From a virus (lineage: Duplodnaviria > Caudoviricetes), in IMG/VR virus record IMGVR_UViG_2690315872_000001, positions 27,292 through 91,291 of that record: 64,000 nucleotides of DNA, one strand, 5' to 3'. Both the position numbers and the translations under genes were made by a program. Below, one piece after another: positions 1 to 10,171 of the stretch. The notes below the pieces were generated by a model that saw only the letters and a program-made list of their open reading frames with translations, was not told the origin of the DNA and ran no database searches. Each line of letters opens with the position of its first letter. Positions within the stretch are counted from its first letter, which is position 1.

Positions 1-3000
1 GCGGCCGCCGCCGTCCTGGAACTGAACAAGGCAGGCCTGTCCGCGAAGGACGCCGTGGGCGGTGGGCTGAAGGGCGCGCTGGATCTTGCTGGGGCTGCGG
101 GAATTAGCGCGGCTGAGGGCGCCACCATCGCCGTGAGCGCCATGACCGCGTTCGGTCTGCAGGCGCAGCAACTGCCGGGCGTCGCCGACGTGTTCGCCAA
201 CTTCGCGAACAAAACATTCCTCGGAGCCCAGGACCTGTCCCAGGCGATTGCCGCCGTGGGTCCGGTCGCGCGGGACGCTGGGATCGGCCTCGAGCAGTTC
301 GCCGGGCTGATGGCCACCCTCGCGCAGGGCGGCTTCAAGAACATGAGTGACGCGGGCACGTCACTCAAGACCATGCTGCTGAGCCTCACGGCACCGAGCA
401 GTGAGGCGGCGAAAGCGCTGAGGGCGGTCAATGTCAGCGCCTTCGACAGCAAGGGGCAGACACGACCCCTCAATGCCGTGCTTGCTGATCTGCGCGCCAA
501 GCTTGTGCAGCTCACGCCTGAAGCTCAAAAGGGCGTCCTTAAACAAATTTTTGGTACCGACGCGATTCGGGCCGCGCAAATCCTGCTGCGTGAAGGGCCC
601 CGCGCCATCAACGCCAATACCGAAGCGATGCGGAAACAGGGCGAAGCGGCCCGCGTCGCGAAGGAACGACTCGACTCCCTCCAGGGCGCCGGGAAGCAGT
701 TCGGCGCGGCATTCGAACAGCTGAAAATTCAGATCGGCACGCCGTTCCTCGCGGCGCTGACTGGCATCGTACGGGGCGCCACTGGTGCCGTGAACGCCCT
801 GACCAGCCTGAACGACCAGGCTGCCAAGGGGCAGGGGCCGCTGGCCGGACTGCGTGACCTCGCGCAGGCCCTCGGCAGCACTTTCGGCAGCGTGTTCGCG
901 GGCATTGCGGCCCTGTGGAATTCGCTCCTCGCGCCGGTCTTCCGGGCGCTGGGTGCGGTGGTCGGCGTGGTCCTCCAGGGGATCGTCACCGGCCTGACCG
1001 CGTTCTTCAACCTCGCTAGCGCTGTGTTCCAGGGAGTCGGGACGGCCATCCAGGCACTGCTGGGCGTGTTCGGTACGAGCGGAGCGGGCATCCAGTCCAG
1101 CGCCACCGGCATGGCCGAGACAGTCGTGCAGGGCAGCGCCATCATGCGCGCCGCGCTCGTCGCGCTGGGCCGCTTCACCGCCACGCTTCCCGAAGTGTTC
1201 AAGCTCGCCGGGACGGGCATCGGGACAGTCCTAGGCGGCGTGACCCGTGTCATGCAGGGCTTCGGGCAGGGCGTCCGCGCCGTGTTCGTCGCTGCTGGCG
1301 GGTACGTGGGTGCTTTCGCCTCTGCCGTTGGGCGGAATGTCCAGGGCATCGGACTCATCCTGAAAGGCCTCACTGGAATCTTCGGCGCGCTCCTCCTGGC
1401 CGTCCGGAACGCGTTCGTCGAGAAGGCCGGAGTGGTCCTTGCAGCGGGCGTACGCCTGTACGGGCAGTTCACAGACGGTGTCGCTAACGTCCTCCAGCAG
1501 GGCGCGGCATACTTCTTCCGGTACGTCGTGCAGCCCGTCCAGGCGGGCGCGGACTTCCTCCTGACCGCGTACAACCGCGTAAGCGGCATCGTCGCCGGGG
1601 CCGCCACCCGCATCGGTCAGGTGCTCGCCCCGATTGGGAGCGTCCTGAAAGCCCTGGGGCTGAGTATCGGCGACACGCTCGCCGGGGTCGCGAAAGCCGC
1701 TGTGGATACGTCTGTGGGCATTGTGGACCGCTTCGCTGGATCGGCGCGCGCGGCATACGAGCGTGCCCAAGCGGCCGCTCAAGCTGCCGCGACCAGCACA
1801 GCCTCCAGCACCGCCACTGGTGTCGCCAATGCCCTCACGGGCGCTAGCGGCGCCCTCGGCGATTTCGTGAAAGACAATGGTGCCGGTAGTGCCATGACGG
1901 CCGCGCTGGGTGACGTGCAGGCTGGATTCAAGGCGGTCAGTTCTTCCGGCCAGCAGCTTCAAAAGGACATTGCCGGTGTTACGGGCGTCCTCAAGAATGA
2001 TCTGACTGGGGCAAGTGGGACGGCCGCCGCTGGACTCGGAGAGATCCGAACCGGCGCGCAGCTGACTGGTGCCGCCGTTGATCTTGTGAAGCGCAACGTG
2101 CAGGACGCCGTGCAGGGGTTCACGCAGGACGTGAAGACCCTGGGGCAGACGGCGAAAGCTACCGCTGCGGCCGTGGGCACAATCAAACCGCCCGCTGTGA
2201 TGCCGACGGGCACCAAGACGCTGGATGACATCGGACTTGGTGACGATAAAGGTGGCAAGAAAGGTGGCGCGAAGGGCGCCAAGGGCAACTCGAAAGTCAC
2301 CGCTGCTGACCTGAATGCCATGGACGAGTACAAACGGCGTCTCGATGGGATGACCCTCGCGGAACTTCGCAACGAGAAGGCCCTTCAGACTCGTCTGGGT
2401 AACACCAAGAAGCTCGCTGCTGTTCTCGCCGAGATCAAGCAGAAGGAGGCTGAGGCGACGCGTCAAGTGCAGTTGAGCGGCGCGGCTCTGACGAAGTACA
2501 AGGAGGCGTTGCGAGCGAAGAGCGCCGAGCAGCTCAAGGCGCTTGAAGCGGATGCGCGCGCTAAGAACCTCGGGCCACAACTGAACGCCATCCTGGCTGA
2601 GCAGAAGCGGCGTACTGAGGCGAAAGCGGCTGCTGATCGGAAGGCCTCACAGGAGGCCCAGAAGCACGCCACCGTCGCGGCCAACCTGCGGCGGGAAGTC
2701 GGGCAGCTCAACGACCGCTTCAAGCTCCAGGTGCAGCAGGGCAAAGTTACCGCTGAGAGCCTGCTGGCCTATCGTCAGGCGCTGGCTGACGCGAAGGCCA
2801 AAGTCGACCAGTTGCCGCCCGCTTTACGGGCCAGCGTGACCGCCCTGGTGACGCAAGGTCAAACCCTGGCCGCTCAAGGCCAGACGCTCGTCAACCACCG
2901 CAGCGAAGTTGAGAAGCTCCGAGCGGAAGTTGATAAGTGGACCCTGGCTGCGCTGGAGAACGCCCGCGCCCGGGTCATGGCCAACGGCGGCGACAAAGAC

Positions 3001-5778
3001 AAGCTGGCGCTGCTGGACGCCGAGATTGCCAAGCGTAAACAGCTCAGTGACGCTCAGGCCGCGCAAGTCCTGACCGAAAGCCAACTCTCCCAGGCGACTG
3101 CCAACCAGGAAGGCGCGGAAGGCGAGTACGAGAATCGAAAGGCCGCAGCTAAGGGCAACCTGTCGGAACTGCTCGCCATCGAAATCCAACTCGGACAGAA
3201 GGTGCAGGCCGCTCGTGATAAGGCCGCACGGGCCGCAGCGGCGAATGAAGAGCGACAGATCCGGGAGAGGTACGGCAAGCTGCTTGGTCTTGAGGGGCTG
3301 ACGGCTCAGCGACGGAAGGAACTGGAAAGCGCGCGTGACCGTGAGCTGACGGCCAATGGGACTCGTCTGACCAACGCCCTGGCGAAGAACGCGACGGACC
3401 GCGCCGTGGCGGAAGAGGACGCCCGCCGCAACCTGAACGCCACACTGGAAGGCCTGGACCGCGAAGTGGCGGGGCGTATCAGAGCGAACCTGCTCGCCGA
3501 CCTCGAACAGCGCACCCGCGACGTCGAGGCGCAGCAGCAGGAGGAGCTGGACGCCGAGGGGCTCACCGAGGCGCAGAAGCTGGAGATCCGCAAGCGGTTC
3601 CAGCCACAGCTGCTTGCCGCCAAGCAATCCGAATTGGACCAGGTGCGCGCGATCGAGGAAGTTGGTGAGCAGGAACGGTACCGCGCGGCTCTTGCCGAGG
3701 CGGAGCAGCAGGGCATTCTCGATCAACGTCGTCTTCAGGCTGATGGGTCGTACCTCACGGTACGTCAACTGCTGGAGAAAGATCACCGCGCCGAAATGGA
3801 CCGTATCGGTCGCGAGGCTCAGCGGTCGCTGCGTGACTACGAGCTGGAGGTTAAGCGTGATACCGGCAGGCAGATTGTCGCCGCCGACAAGGAGACCAGC
3901 GCTCAGCTGAAGGACGAGGCTGATGACCGCATTCAGGCACTGGAAGACAATCTTGACGACCAGAGTGCCGCGCAGCGCGCGGCAGCCCGGACGGTGCTCC
4001 AAGCGTGGCGGGTCACCTACGCTGCAATGGGTAAGAGCGGCGAGGAGGCCGTCAAACAGATCGACGCGGCGCTGAGGAAGCTCGACGCCATCTCAGTGAA
4101 AATTCGCCAGAATGCCGGAGCGCTCGTTGAAGATCCTGCCGCACTGCTGTCGTCTGGCGCGAAGGATGTCGCCGCTGTTGGTAAGCCGGATGATGCTGAC
4201 AGCGCGCGGGCCAAGGCTGAATCTCAGTTCGATCAGTTGGCGGAGACCTACTCGGCCAAGCTTGCCGTACTGAAAGACGCCCTGGCGGCGTTTGCTGAGA
4301 AGAAGGACCAGGACCTCACTCCGAATGAGCGCCTAGTTCGTGATGGGCTGCTTGCCACCCAGGCGGCGTACACCACTCTGCTCAGCAACGTGAGAGCTGC
4401 GGCGGCCAAGGCCGGAGCGGATGCCGCTCAGGCCTTCACTCAGGCTCAGAAGGACCAGGCAGCCGAGAGCGCCCTGGCACTCGTCGAAGCCCAGCATGCC
4501 CTGGCGGAAGCGGAAGGTCGGGACGATGGACCGGCCTACAAAGCAGGCATCGCGGTGGCCCTGGCCTACTGGCGCGGCCGTCTGGCTGGACTGAAGGCGG
4601 CCGCGCAGGAAGGTACGCCCGAGTACCTGAACGTCCTGAAGACCATCACCGACCTGGAAGGGAAGATCGCGGCGACCGGCAACCCCGTCGGGGACCGCCT
4701 CAGCATGCTCGCCGGACTGATCGGGAAGGGCGGGAAACTCCAGGGCACCATCAGCGCCGGACTGGACGGACTGGCCGCGTACCTGAAGAACGGAGGTGGC
4801 AAGGGCGGCCTGATCGCCGGGGCGCAGGCCCTGGTCAGCGGACTCGCCGGAGTGTTCAAGACCGGAGACGAGGACATCGATAAGGTCATCGACACGTTCG
4901 TCAGTGGTGTGCAGGCCACGCTGGGCGCCCTCGCGAAGGGCGACTGGATCGGCGCGCTCATCGCCGGGGTGACCACGGTCGTCACCACCATCATCGACAT
5001 CTTCACCGGCGGCGCGAACAGCGCCAAGAAAGCCGCGCAGCAGATCAGCGACGCCACGAAGGACGTGAAGTTCTTCGACCTCAGCAAGTACGCGAAGGTC
5101 GAGTCGCGCGGAGGGTTCTGGGGGTTCCTGGGCTTCAAGAAAGCCTCGATCGACCAGGAAGCCGTGGACATCGCCAAGAGTCTCGGCGACGCGCTGTACA
5201 GCGCCATCAGCGGCGCGATGCTCAAGGGCATCAAGGAAGGGAAACGGTCCTTCGGTGAACTCGGCCTGGACGTCCGCGAAGGCCTCGGCCAGCAGATCCT
5301 CCAGGGTCTGATCGACGGGTTCCTCAAGGGCGCGATCATGCAGGGCATCCTGCAGCCGTTCCTCGACAAGTACATCGCCGCCATGAAAAGCGGGAACGCC
5401 CAGGCGCTCGCGGAAGCCGCGAACGGCCTCCAGGGTGCCATCGCGCAGGGGAACAGCGCCCTCGCGCAGTTCTACGAGACCGTCCTCGTGCCCGCCGCCG
5501 AGCAGATGGGGCAGTTCGGCACGGACGGCCAGAGCGCCGGCGGGACCGGCAGCGCCGCCCTCGACCTCGGACTGGCCGCCGCGCCCGCCGCCGTGGCCGC
5601 CGCACCCGCGTACATGGTCGAGCACACGACTGCGCTGACGGAACTGACTCCCGTCCTCCGTGACGTCACGCGAGTCTTCGGACGCCTTGCCGATGACGGC
5701 CTGCACGTCGAGGCGGAAAGCACCGTCACCGTCAACGCACCCACCAGCGACCTGCGCGCATACGCCACCCGCTCCTGA
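1..5778 (+). CDS. Phage tail tape measure protein (TP901-like), 5' end lies outside the window
   Basis: Open frame from base 1. N-terminal TMP core motifs (AGTSLKTML, LKQIFGTDA) and a long Ala/Gly-rich helical/coiled-coil body of over 1900 aa. Confidence 0.93.
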   Translation, partial: AAAAVLELNKAGLSAKDAVGGGLKGALDLAGAAGISAAEGATIAVSAMTAFGLQAQQLPGVADVFANFANKTFLGAQDLSQAIAAVGPVARDAGIGLEQFAGLMATLAQGGFKNMSDAGTSLKTMLLSLTAPSSEAAKALRAVNVSAFDSKGQTRPLNAVLADLRAKLVQLTPEAQKGVLKQIFGTDAIRAAQILLREGPRAINANTEAMRKQGEAARVAKERLDSLQGAGKQFGAAFEQLKIQIGTPFLAALTGIVRGATGAVNALTSLNDQAAKGQGPLAGLRDLAQALGSTFGSVFAGIAALWNSLLAPVFRALGAVVGVVLQGIVTGLTAFFNLASAVFQGVGTAIQALLGVFGTSGAGIQSSATGMAETVVQGSAIMRAALVALGRFTATLPEVFKLAGTGIGTVLGGVTRVMQGFGQGVRAVFVAAGGYVGAFASAVGRNVQGIGLILKGLTGIFGALLLAVRNAFVEKAGVVLAAGVRLYGQFTDGVANVLQQGAAYFFRYVVQPVQAGADFLLTAYNRVSGIVAGAATRIGQVLAPIGSVLKALGLSIGDTLAGVAKAAVDTSVGIVDRFAGSARAAYERAQAAAQAAATSTASSTATGVANALTGASGALGDFVKDNGAGSAMTAALGDVQAGFKAVSSSGQQLQKDIAGVTGVLKNDLTGASGTAAAGLGEIRTGAQLTGAAVDLVKRNVQDAVQGFTQDVKTLGQTAKATAAAVGTIKPPAVMPTGTKTLDDIGLGDDKGGKKGGAKGAKGNSKVTAADLNAMDEYKRRLDGMTLAELRNEKALQTRLGNTKKLAAVLAEIKQKEAEATRQVQLSGAALTKYKEALRAKSAEQLKALEADARAKNLGPQLNAILAEQKRRTEAKAAADRKASQEAQKHATVAANLRREVGQLNDRFKLQVQQGKVTAESLLAYRQALADAKAKVDQLPPALRASVTALVTQGQTLAAQGQTLVNHRSEVEKLRAEVDKWTLAALENARARVMANGGDKDKLALLDAEIAKRKQLSDAQAAQVLTESQLSQATANQEGAEGEYENRKAAAKGNLSELLAIEIQLGQKVQAARDKAARAAAANEERQIRERYGKLLGLEGLTAQRRKELESARDRELTANGTRLTNALAKNATDRAVAEEDARRNLNATLEGLDREVAGRIRANLLADLEQRTRDVEAQQQEELDAEGLTEAQKLEIRKRFQPQLLAAKQSELDQVRAIEEVGEQERYRAALAEAEQQGILDQRRLQADGSYLTVRQLLEKDHRAEMDRIGREAQRSLRDYELEVKRDTGRQIVAADKETSAQLKDEADDRIQALEDNLDDQSAAQRAAARTVLQAWRVTYAAMGKSGEEAVKQIDAALRKLDAISVKIRQNAGALVEDPAALLSSGAKDVAAVGKPDDADSARAKAESQFDQLAETYSAKLAVLKDALAAFAEKKDQDLTPNERLVRDGLLATQAAYTTLLSNVRAAAAKAGADAAQAFTQAQKDQAAESALALVEAQHALAEAEGRDDGPAYKAGIAVALAYWRGRLAGLKAAAQEGTPEYLNVLKTITDLEGKIAATGNPVGDRLSMLAGLIGKGGKLQGTISAGLDGLAAYLKNGGGKGGLIAGAQALVSGLAGVFKTGDEDIDKVIDTFVSGVQATLGALAKGDWIGALIAGVTTVVTTIIDIFTGGANSAKKAAQQISDATKDVKFFDLSKYAKVESRGGFWGFLGFKKASIDQEAVDIAKSLGDALYSAISGAMLKGIKEGKRSFGELGLDVREGLGQQILQGLIDGFLKGAIMQGILQPFLDKYIAAMKSGNAQALAEAANGLQGAIAQGNSALAQFYETVLVPAAEQMGQFGTDGQSAGGTGSAALDLGLAAAPAAVAAAPAYMVEHTTALTELTPVLRDVTRVFGRLADDGLHVEAESTVTVNAPTSDLRAYATRS

Positions 5779-5792
5779 ATCACGGAGGTGCC

Positions 5793-7493
5793 ATGACCTG
5801 GACCCTGGATATCCTGAATCCGGACGGCTCCCCCCGCGCTGCCCGCTCCGACGCCGCTCCCAGCGGCGTCTGGGACGGGTTCGTGTGGAAATGGAGCCGG
5901 TACGGGGACTGCCTCACCCTGAACTTCGACGCGGTCATGCCGGACCTTGGCGTCCGCAACCGCGACATTCTCGCCCTCGCCATCGACGGCGTGCCCGTCT
6001 TCAAAGGGCCCGTCGTGGAGGCGCCCCACCCGCGCGACCCCCGGCGCGGCACCGTGAACGCCATCGGGTGCAGCGCCCTGCTGTACCGCCGCGTGATCGG
6101 GCAGGACAGCTACCAGAACGTGGACGTCGCCGTGATCGTCCGGGACCTCATTCAGAAGTACCGGCACCCGGCCATCACGTACAACCCGGCGCTGATCCCG
6201 GACACCGGGAAGATCCTCACGTCCTTCCGGATGCCCTGGCGGCCGCTCGGGAAGGCGCTGGAACTGCTCGCCAAGACCGTCGCCGGGGAGAACGGCGTGC
6301 CGTTCGGGGTGCTGCCCAGCGGGGAGTTCTTCTTCGGGGCGGACCAGACGCCCAGCGTGCCCATCCCGTACAGCGCCGTGAGCGGCCTGAAATACCTGCG
6401 GGTCAGCGGGGACGAGGTGATCACCAGCAACTACATGGTGTTCCTCACGCGGCCCGCCGGAACGCCGTACAGCCGCGTCGAGCAGTACCGGAAGGTCACC
6501 ACGCGCGACAGTGGCGGCGCCGTGACTGACGTGCGTGAGGAGCCGCAGTACACGTACGTGCCCGCCACGTACATCTACCGCGCGGACGACCCGGACGCCG
6601 CGCTGTACGGCCTGGAAACCGCGACGCTCGTCCCGGGCGGCGCGGACATCTTCAGTCCGGTCCCGAACGCCAGCCTCACTGCGAACGGCACCAACCTCAC
6701 CAACCCCGGGAACGTCCTCGACGGTGACACGGCCACGTTCGCCGCTCACGCGGACGGCGCGTACTTCAGTGAGTTCGTTCTGCAGCAGGCGGCAGGGCTG
6801 GCCGCACCACAGATCACCGGCTTCCGCGCTCGCTACCGCCTGCAGGGCGGCACCGGCATCCCCGGGCTGCGCGTCACCATGTGGATCACGTACGACTTCC
6901 AGGTCGTCGAACCCCAACCGGGCGGCGGCAGCATCACCCGCGAGTACCGCACGCGCTTCTACTGGGACCTTCCCGACACCAGCGAGGGACCCATCGAGGT
7001 GGTCGGCGTGATGCCCCTCCCCGCCGACCTGCTTGGCATCGTCCACCCCGGCTCATTCACGCCCACCGACCCGACGTTCCTGAAGACGGAAATCTACGTG
7101 ACCGTCCGCCAGTCCGAATCCGTGAACACACCCATCCCGGCCGACACGTTCCGCCTGTACGACATTCAACCGCTCGGCCTGGACTTCGAGAAGCTCGACA
7201 CCATCGCCCGCAAGGCCCTCAGTCCGCCCGTGCAGGAACCCACCGAGTTCACCCTCCCGTACCTGCTGAGCGTCACGCCGACCGTCACCCTCACCGGCCT
7301 GCCCGGCGGGGATCAGACGGGCGACGTGGTCGAACTCGAAGGGCGGCACGACGGCAAGGCCCTGCGGAGCACCACCGTGAAACTCGAACAGCCCGGCGCG
7401 AGCGAAAGCGCCCGCATCATCCGCCTCGTCGCGAAGGAACGCGCCGCCGACGCGCAGGACGACCTGCGCGCGTTCCTGGAGGGACCCGTGTGA
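5793..7493 (+). CDS. Putative minor tail / baseplate hub protein
   Basis: 566-aa beta-rich ORF with GGAGG RBS, directly after the tape measure gene. Confidence 0.6.
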   Translation: MTWTLDILNPDGSPRAARSDAAPSGVWDGFVWKWSRYGDCLTLNFDAVMPDLGVRNRDILALAIDGVPVFKGPVVEAPHPRDPRRGTVNAIGCSALLYRRVIGQDSYQNVDVAVIVRDLIQKYRHPAITYNPALIPDTGKILTSFRMPWRPLGKALELLAKTVAGENGVPFGVLPSGEFFFGADQTPSVPIPYSAVSGLKYLRVSGDEVITSNYMVFLTRPAGTPYSRVEQYRKVTTRDSGGAVTDVREEPQYTYVPATYIYRADDPDAALYGLETATLVPGGADIFSPVPNASLTANGTNLTNPGNVLDGDTATFAAHADGAYFSEFVLQQAAGLAAPQITGFRARYRLQGGTGIPGLRVTMWITYDFQVVEPQPGGGSITREYRTRFYWDLPDTSEGPIEVVGVMPLPADLLGIVHPGSFTPTDPTFLKTEIYVTVRQSESVNTPIPADTFRLYDIQPLGLDFEKLDTIARKALSPPVQEPTEFTLPYLLSVTPTVTLTGLPGGDQTGDVVELEGRHDGKALRSTTVKLEQPGASESARIIRLVAKERAADAQDDLRAFLEGPV

Positions 7494-7915
7494 CCACGTA
7501 CCCCATGACCATCACCCTCAGCGTCGGGCAACCCCTCGTGTTCAACGTCGTCGAACCGCAACCCAGCGACATCGAGTACGCCGACGAGGTCGGCCGCGCC
7601 GTGGAGAGCGACCAGCAGCAGGTCAGCGGCGACGGGCAGCAGGAACCCCGCTGGCTGAAGTTCGACACGTGGATCACGACCGGCCCGCGCCCCAGCGACC
7701 GCGGCGCCGCGATCGGCACCCTGAAGGCCGCGCTGCGGTTCGCGGTCCGCGCCGAGATCGACGGACTCCGCTACGACATCACCCGCATCCGCCTCGTCGC
7801 GCACGCCCCCAGCGGCAACGGGTACCGCGTGAGCCTGCGCATGATCGGCCCCCGCCCCGACTTCTACTCCGTGGACGCCAATGGCGCGTTCGTCGCGTAC
7901 GCCCCCCTCTGGTGA
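7490..7915 (+). CDS. Putative tail protein
   Basis: GTG start overlaps the upstream stop (GTGA); high-GC3 codon usage; position in the tail module. Confidence 0.55.
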   Translation: MTTYPMTITLSVGQPLVFNVVEPQPSDIEYADEVGRAVESDQQQVSGDGQQEPRWLKFDTWITTGPRPSDRGAAIGTLKAALRFAVRAEIDGLRYDITRIRLVAHAPSGNGYRVSLRMIGPRPDFYSVDANGAFVAYAPLW

Positions 7916-7925
7916 AAGGAAACTC

Positions 7926-8261
7926 ATGACTGCACCCCCCACAGACCGGGAGATCCTCCTGGCCCTGAACGACCGCATGAATACCCTGGAAACCGACGTC
8001 CGAGCCGCCATCGCGCGGCTCGACGCGTTCCTGGCCGACCCACCCCCCGGGCCGCGCGGCCACCGGGGAGCCCAGGGCGCCACGGGTCCCGCCGGGCCAG
8101 CCGGACCTGCCCCTGACCTGACCGAGCTGAACGCCGCGCTGCAGGACGCCCAGGCGTTCCTTAACGGCGCGCAGGCGCAGATGACGAACCTCGTGAACGA
8201 AACCGAAGCCCGCGCCGAACGGGCCATCGCGTCCATGCGGATCCTGAAGGAGCCCCGATGA
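7926..8261 (+). CDS. Collagen-like repeat / coiled-coil tail-associated protein
   Basis: AAGGA RBS; Gly-X-Y repeat GPRGHRGAQGATGPAGPAGPA flanked by heptad helices. Confidence 0.7.
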   Translation: MTAPPTDREILLALNDRMNTLETDVRAAIARLDAFLADPPPGPRGHRGAQGATGPAGPAGPAPDLTELNAALQDAQAFLNGAQAQMTNLVNETEARAERAIASMRILKEPR

Positions 8262-10171
8262 AAGCCAAAGTCACCGGCAAGAGTGCCTGGCAGGGCGTCC
8301 CGGACGACGGGTACCTGAACATCCACATCATCGGTGATCGCTGGGCCGACGCGCACGGCAACGCCACCGTTTCCCGCTACAGCGGCCGCCTCAACCCCGG
8401 CAAGACCGGCTTCGGCGACGCGAAGAATCCCGCCGCGGACCTGTACATCCCCGTGCAGGGCCCCGGCGACCCCGATGGTCCCCTCGCCCGCTTCGAGGAG
8501 ATCCTCGTGTACGGCGGTGAGACCGTCCGCAGTGAGTACACCCGGCGACTCATCGCCACGGACCTCGACGGTCTGATCTTCGACTACGCCGCGCCCGAAC
8601 CGACCAGCCTTCCGCCGTCGTTCGGGCAGGCCCCGCTGACCATCCAGGCAGCGCAGCAGCTGCTCGACACAGGCACGGCGAAGATCGCACAGGTCGATCA
8701 GAAGCTGATTCAGGTGGACGATTCCCTGGCCGATATTGCCCAACATCTCCTGGAAAACACGGTGTACGCCTCGGACAGCGCCGACGACCCGCCCCTGCCG
8801 GACCCGTACCGGCCCGGTGTGCGGGGCCGCAAACTCACCGCCAGCGGCAACGTGCTCTACCTCGTGACGGCACCGGCTGAGACGCCCGGCTGGCTGCCCA
8901 CCCAGGAGCTGCTCAGCGGCGACGCGGTGGCCGCCGTGGAGGCTGCCGCCGCCGACGCCCGGGTAGCCGCCGGGGAGGCCACAGCGGCCATTGGGGGGCT
9001 GAGCGGGTACCGGCTCGTTGACGCGCTGGACGGACTCACCGACCGGCGCGGGCGCCGCGTGGTGGCCGGGTACGCGGATGAGCTGGGGCAATCCCCACAG
9101 CACATCACCGAGGATGGCCGCACGTGGATGCATGGCGCCGCGGTCGGGGACATGGACGTGCAGCAGGGTGAGCCGGGCAGCGGGATCGCCTGGGCGCTCA
9201 CCGACCGTGACGAGCGGATGGCGGCCTGGGTCACGGACGCCGGTGAGTTCGGCGCCGCGAGCCTCACGGCCGCCCTGCGCTCCGGTCGGTACACCGTGTG
9301 CGTATGCGACGGCGACAGCATGACGCAGGGCCTCGGCAGCAGCCACTTCGCGTTCACGGCCAACGCGGTCGCGTACCCCGGCGGCGGGTACCCCTACGTC
9401 CTACAGCAGCACCTGGGAGGCGCCGTGCAGGTCGTGAACCGGGGGAGCTGCAGCGCCCAGGCGTACGACATCGCGGCCCGCACGTACGGCGGCGGCGGTG
9501 TGGCCGCCCAGTACGGCGTCGGCGCGCCAGTCGGCGGTACCTACCCGCTGACCGGGCTCAACAACCGTTCGCCGCTGCTCACACCGAACGGCGGCACGCT
9601 GTCCCAGCGCGGACGGCTGGGCGAAGTGCTCGGCACGCTCACGCGCGACAACCGCGCCGCCGACTGGCAGAGCAACCGCACCGCGTACTACACGTTTACG
9701 CCGGATCCGGGTGAGCCGACCCTCGAAACCAGCGCGACCCCTGCCGCGCCGCGCCGCATCTACACCTGGCACCCCGACCTGGCCCACACGGATCAGCCGC
9801 ATATCATCTGGGCGGGCCGGAACAACGTCGGGGATCACGCGCAGACCGTGGAGAGCGTCAGGGCGATGCTGTCGGCCCTCGCGCCGGACGTGCCGCGCCT
9901 CGTGATCGGGGTGCTGGCCTCGCAGACCGAAACCTGGGGGAACGGGCGCGAGGTCGTCGAGGAGATCAACCGCCAGCTGGCCGAGCTTGCCGGTCCTGCA
10001 TTCTTCGATCCGAACGAGGTGCTGGGGCGGAATGCGGACGGCACGCTGCGCCTGGACGGCACGCCGAATCCCGCCTGGATGAGCGACACCCTGCACTGCA
10101 ATGACGCCGGGTACCAGCGCCTCGCTGACGCCCTGTACGCCCGCATCGTGCGGGAAGGATGGTACGACTGA
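8258..10171 (+). CDS. Tail fibre/spike with C-terminal SGNH/GDSL hydrolase domain
   Basis: SGNH blocks GDSMT, NRG, GRNN and DTLH present in order; tail-module location. Confidence 0.8.
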   Translation: MKAKVTGKSAWQGVPDDGYLNIHIIGDRWADAHGNATVSRYSGRLNPGKTGFGDAKNPAADLYIPVQGPGDPDGPLARFEEILVYGGETVRSEYTRRLIATDLDGLIFDYAAPEPTSLPPSFGQAPLTIQAAQQLLDTGTAKIAQVDQKLIQVDDSLADIAQHLLENTVYASDSADDPPLPDPYRPGVRGRKLTASGNVLYLVTAPAETPGWLPTQELLSGDAVAAVEAAAADARVAAGEATAAIGGLSGYRLVDALDGLTDRRGRRVVAGYADELGQSPQHITEDGRTWMHGAAVGDMDVQQGEPGSGIAWALTDRDERMAAWVTDAGEFGAASLTAALRSGRYTVCVCDGDSMTQGLGSSHFAFTANAVAYPGGGYPYVLQQHLGGAVQVVNRGSCSAQAYDIAARTYGGGGVAAQYGVGAPVGGTYPLTGLNNRSPLLTPNGGTLSQRGRLGEVLGTLTRDNRAADWQSNRTAYYTFTPDPGEPTLETSATPAAPRRIYTWHPDLAHTDQPHIIWAGRNNVGDHAQTVESVRAMLSALAPDVPRLVIGVLASQTETWGNGREVVEEINRQLAELAGPAFFDPNEVLGRNADGTLRLDGTPNPAWMSDTLHCNDAGYQRLADALYARIVREGWYD

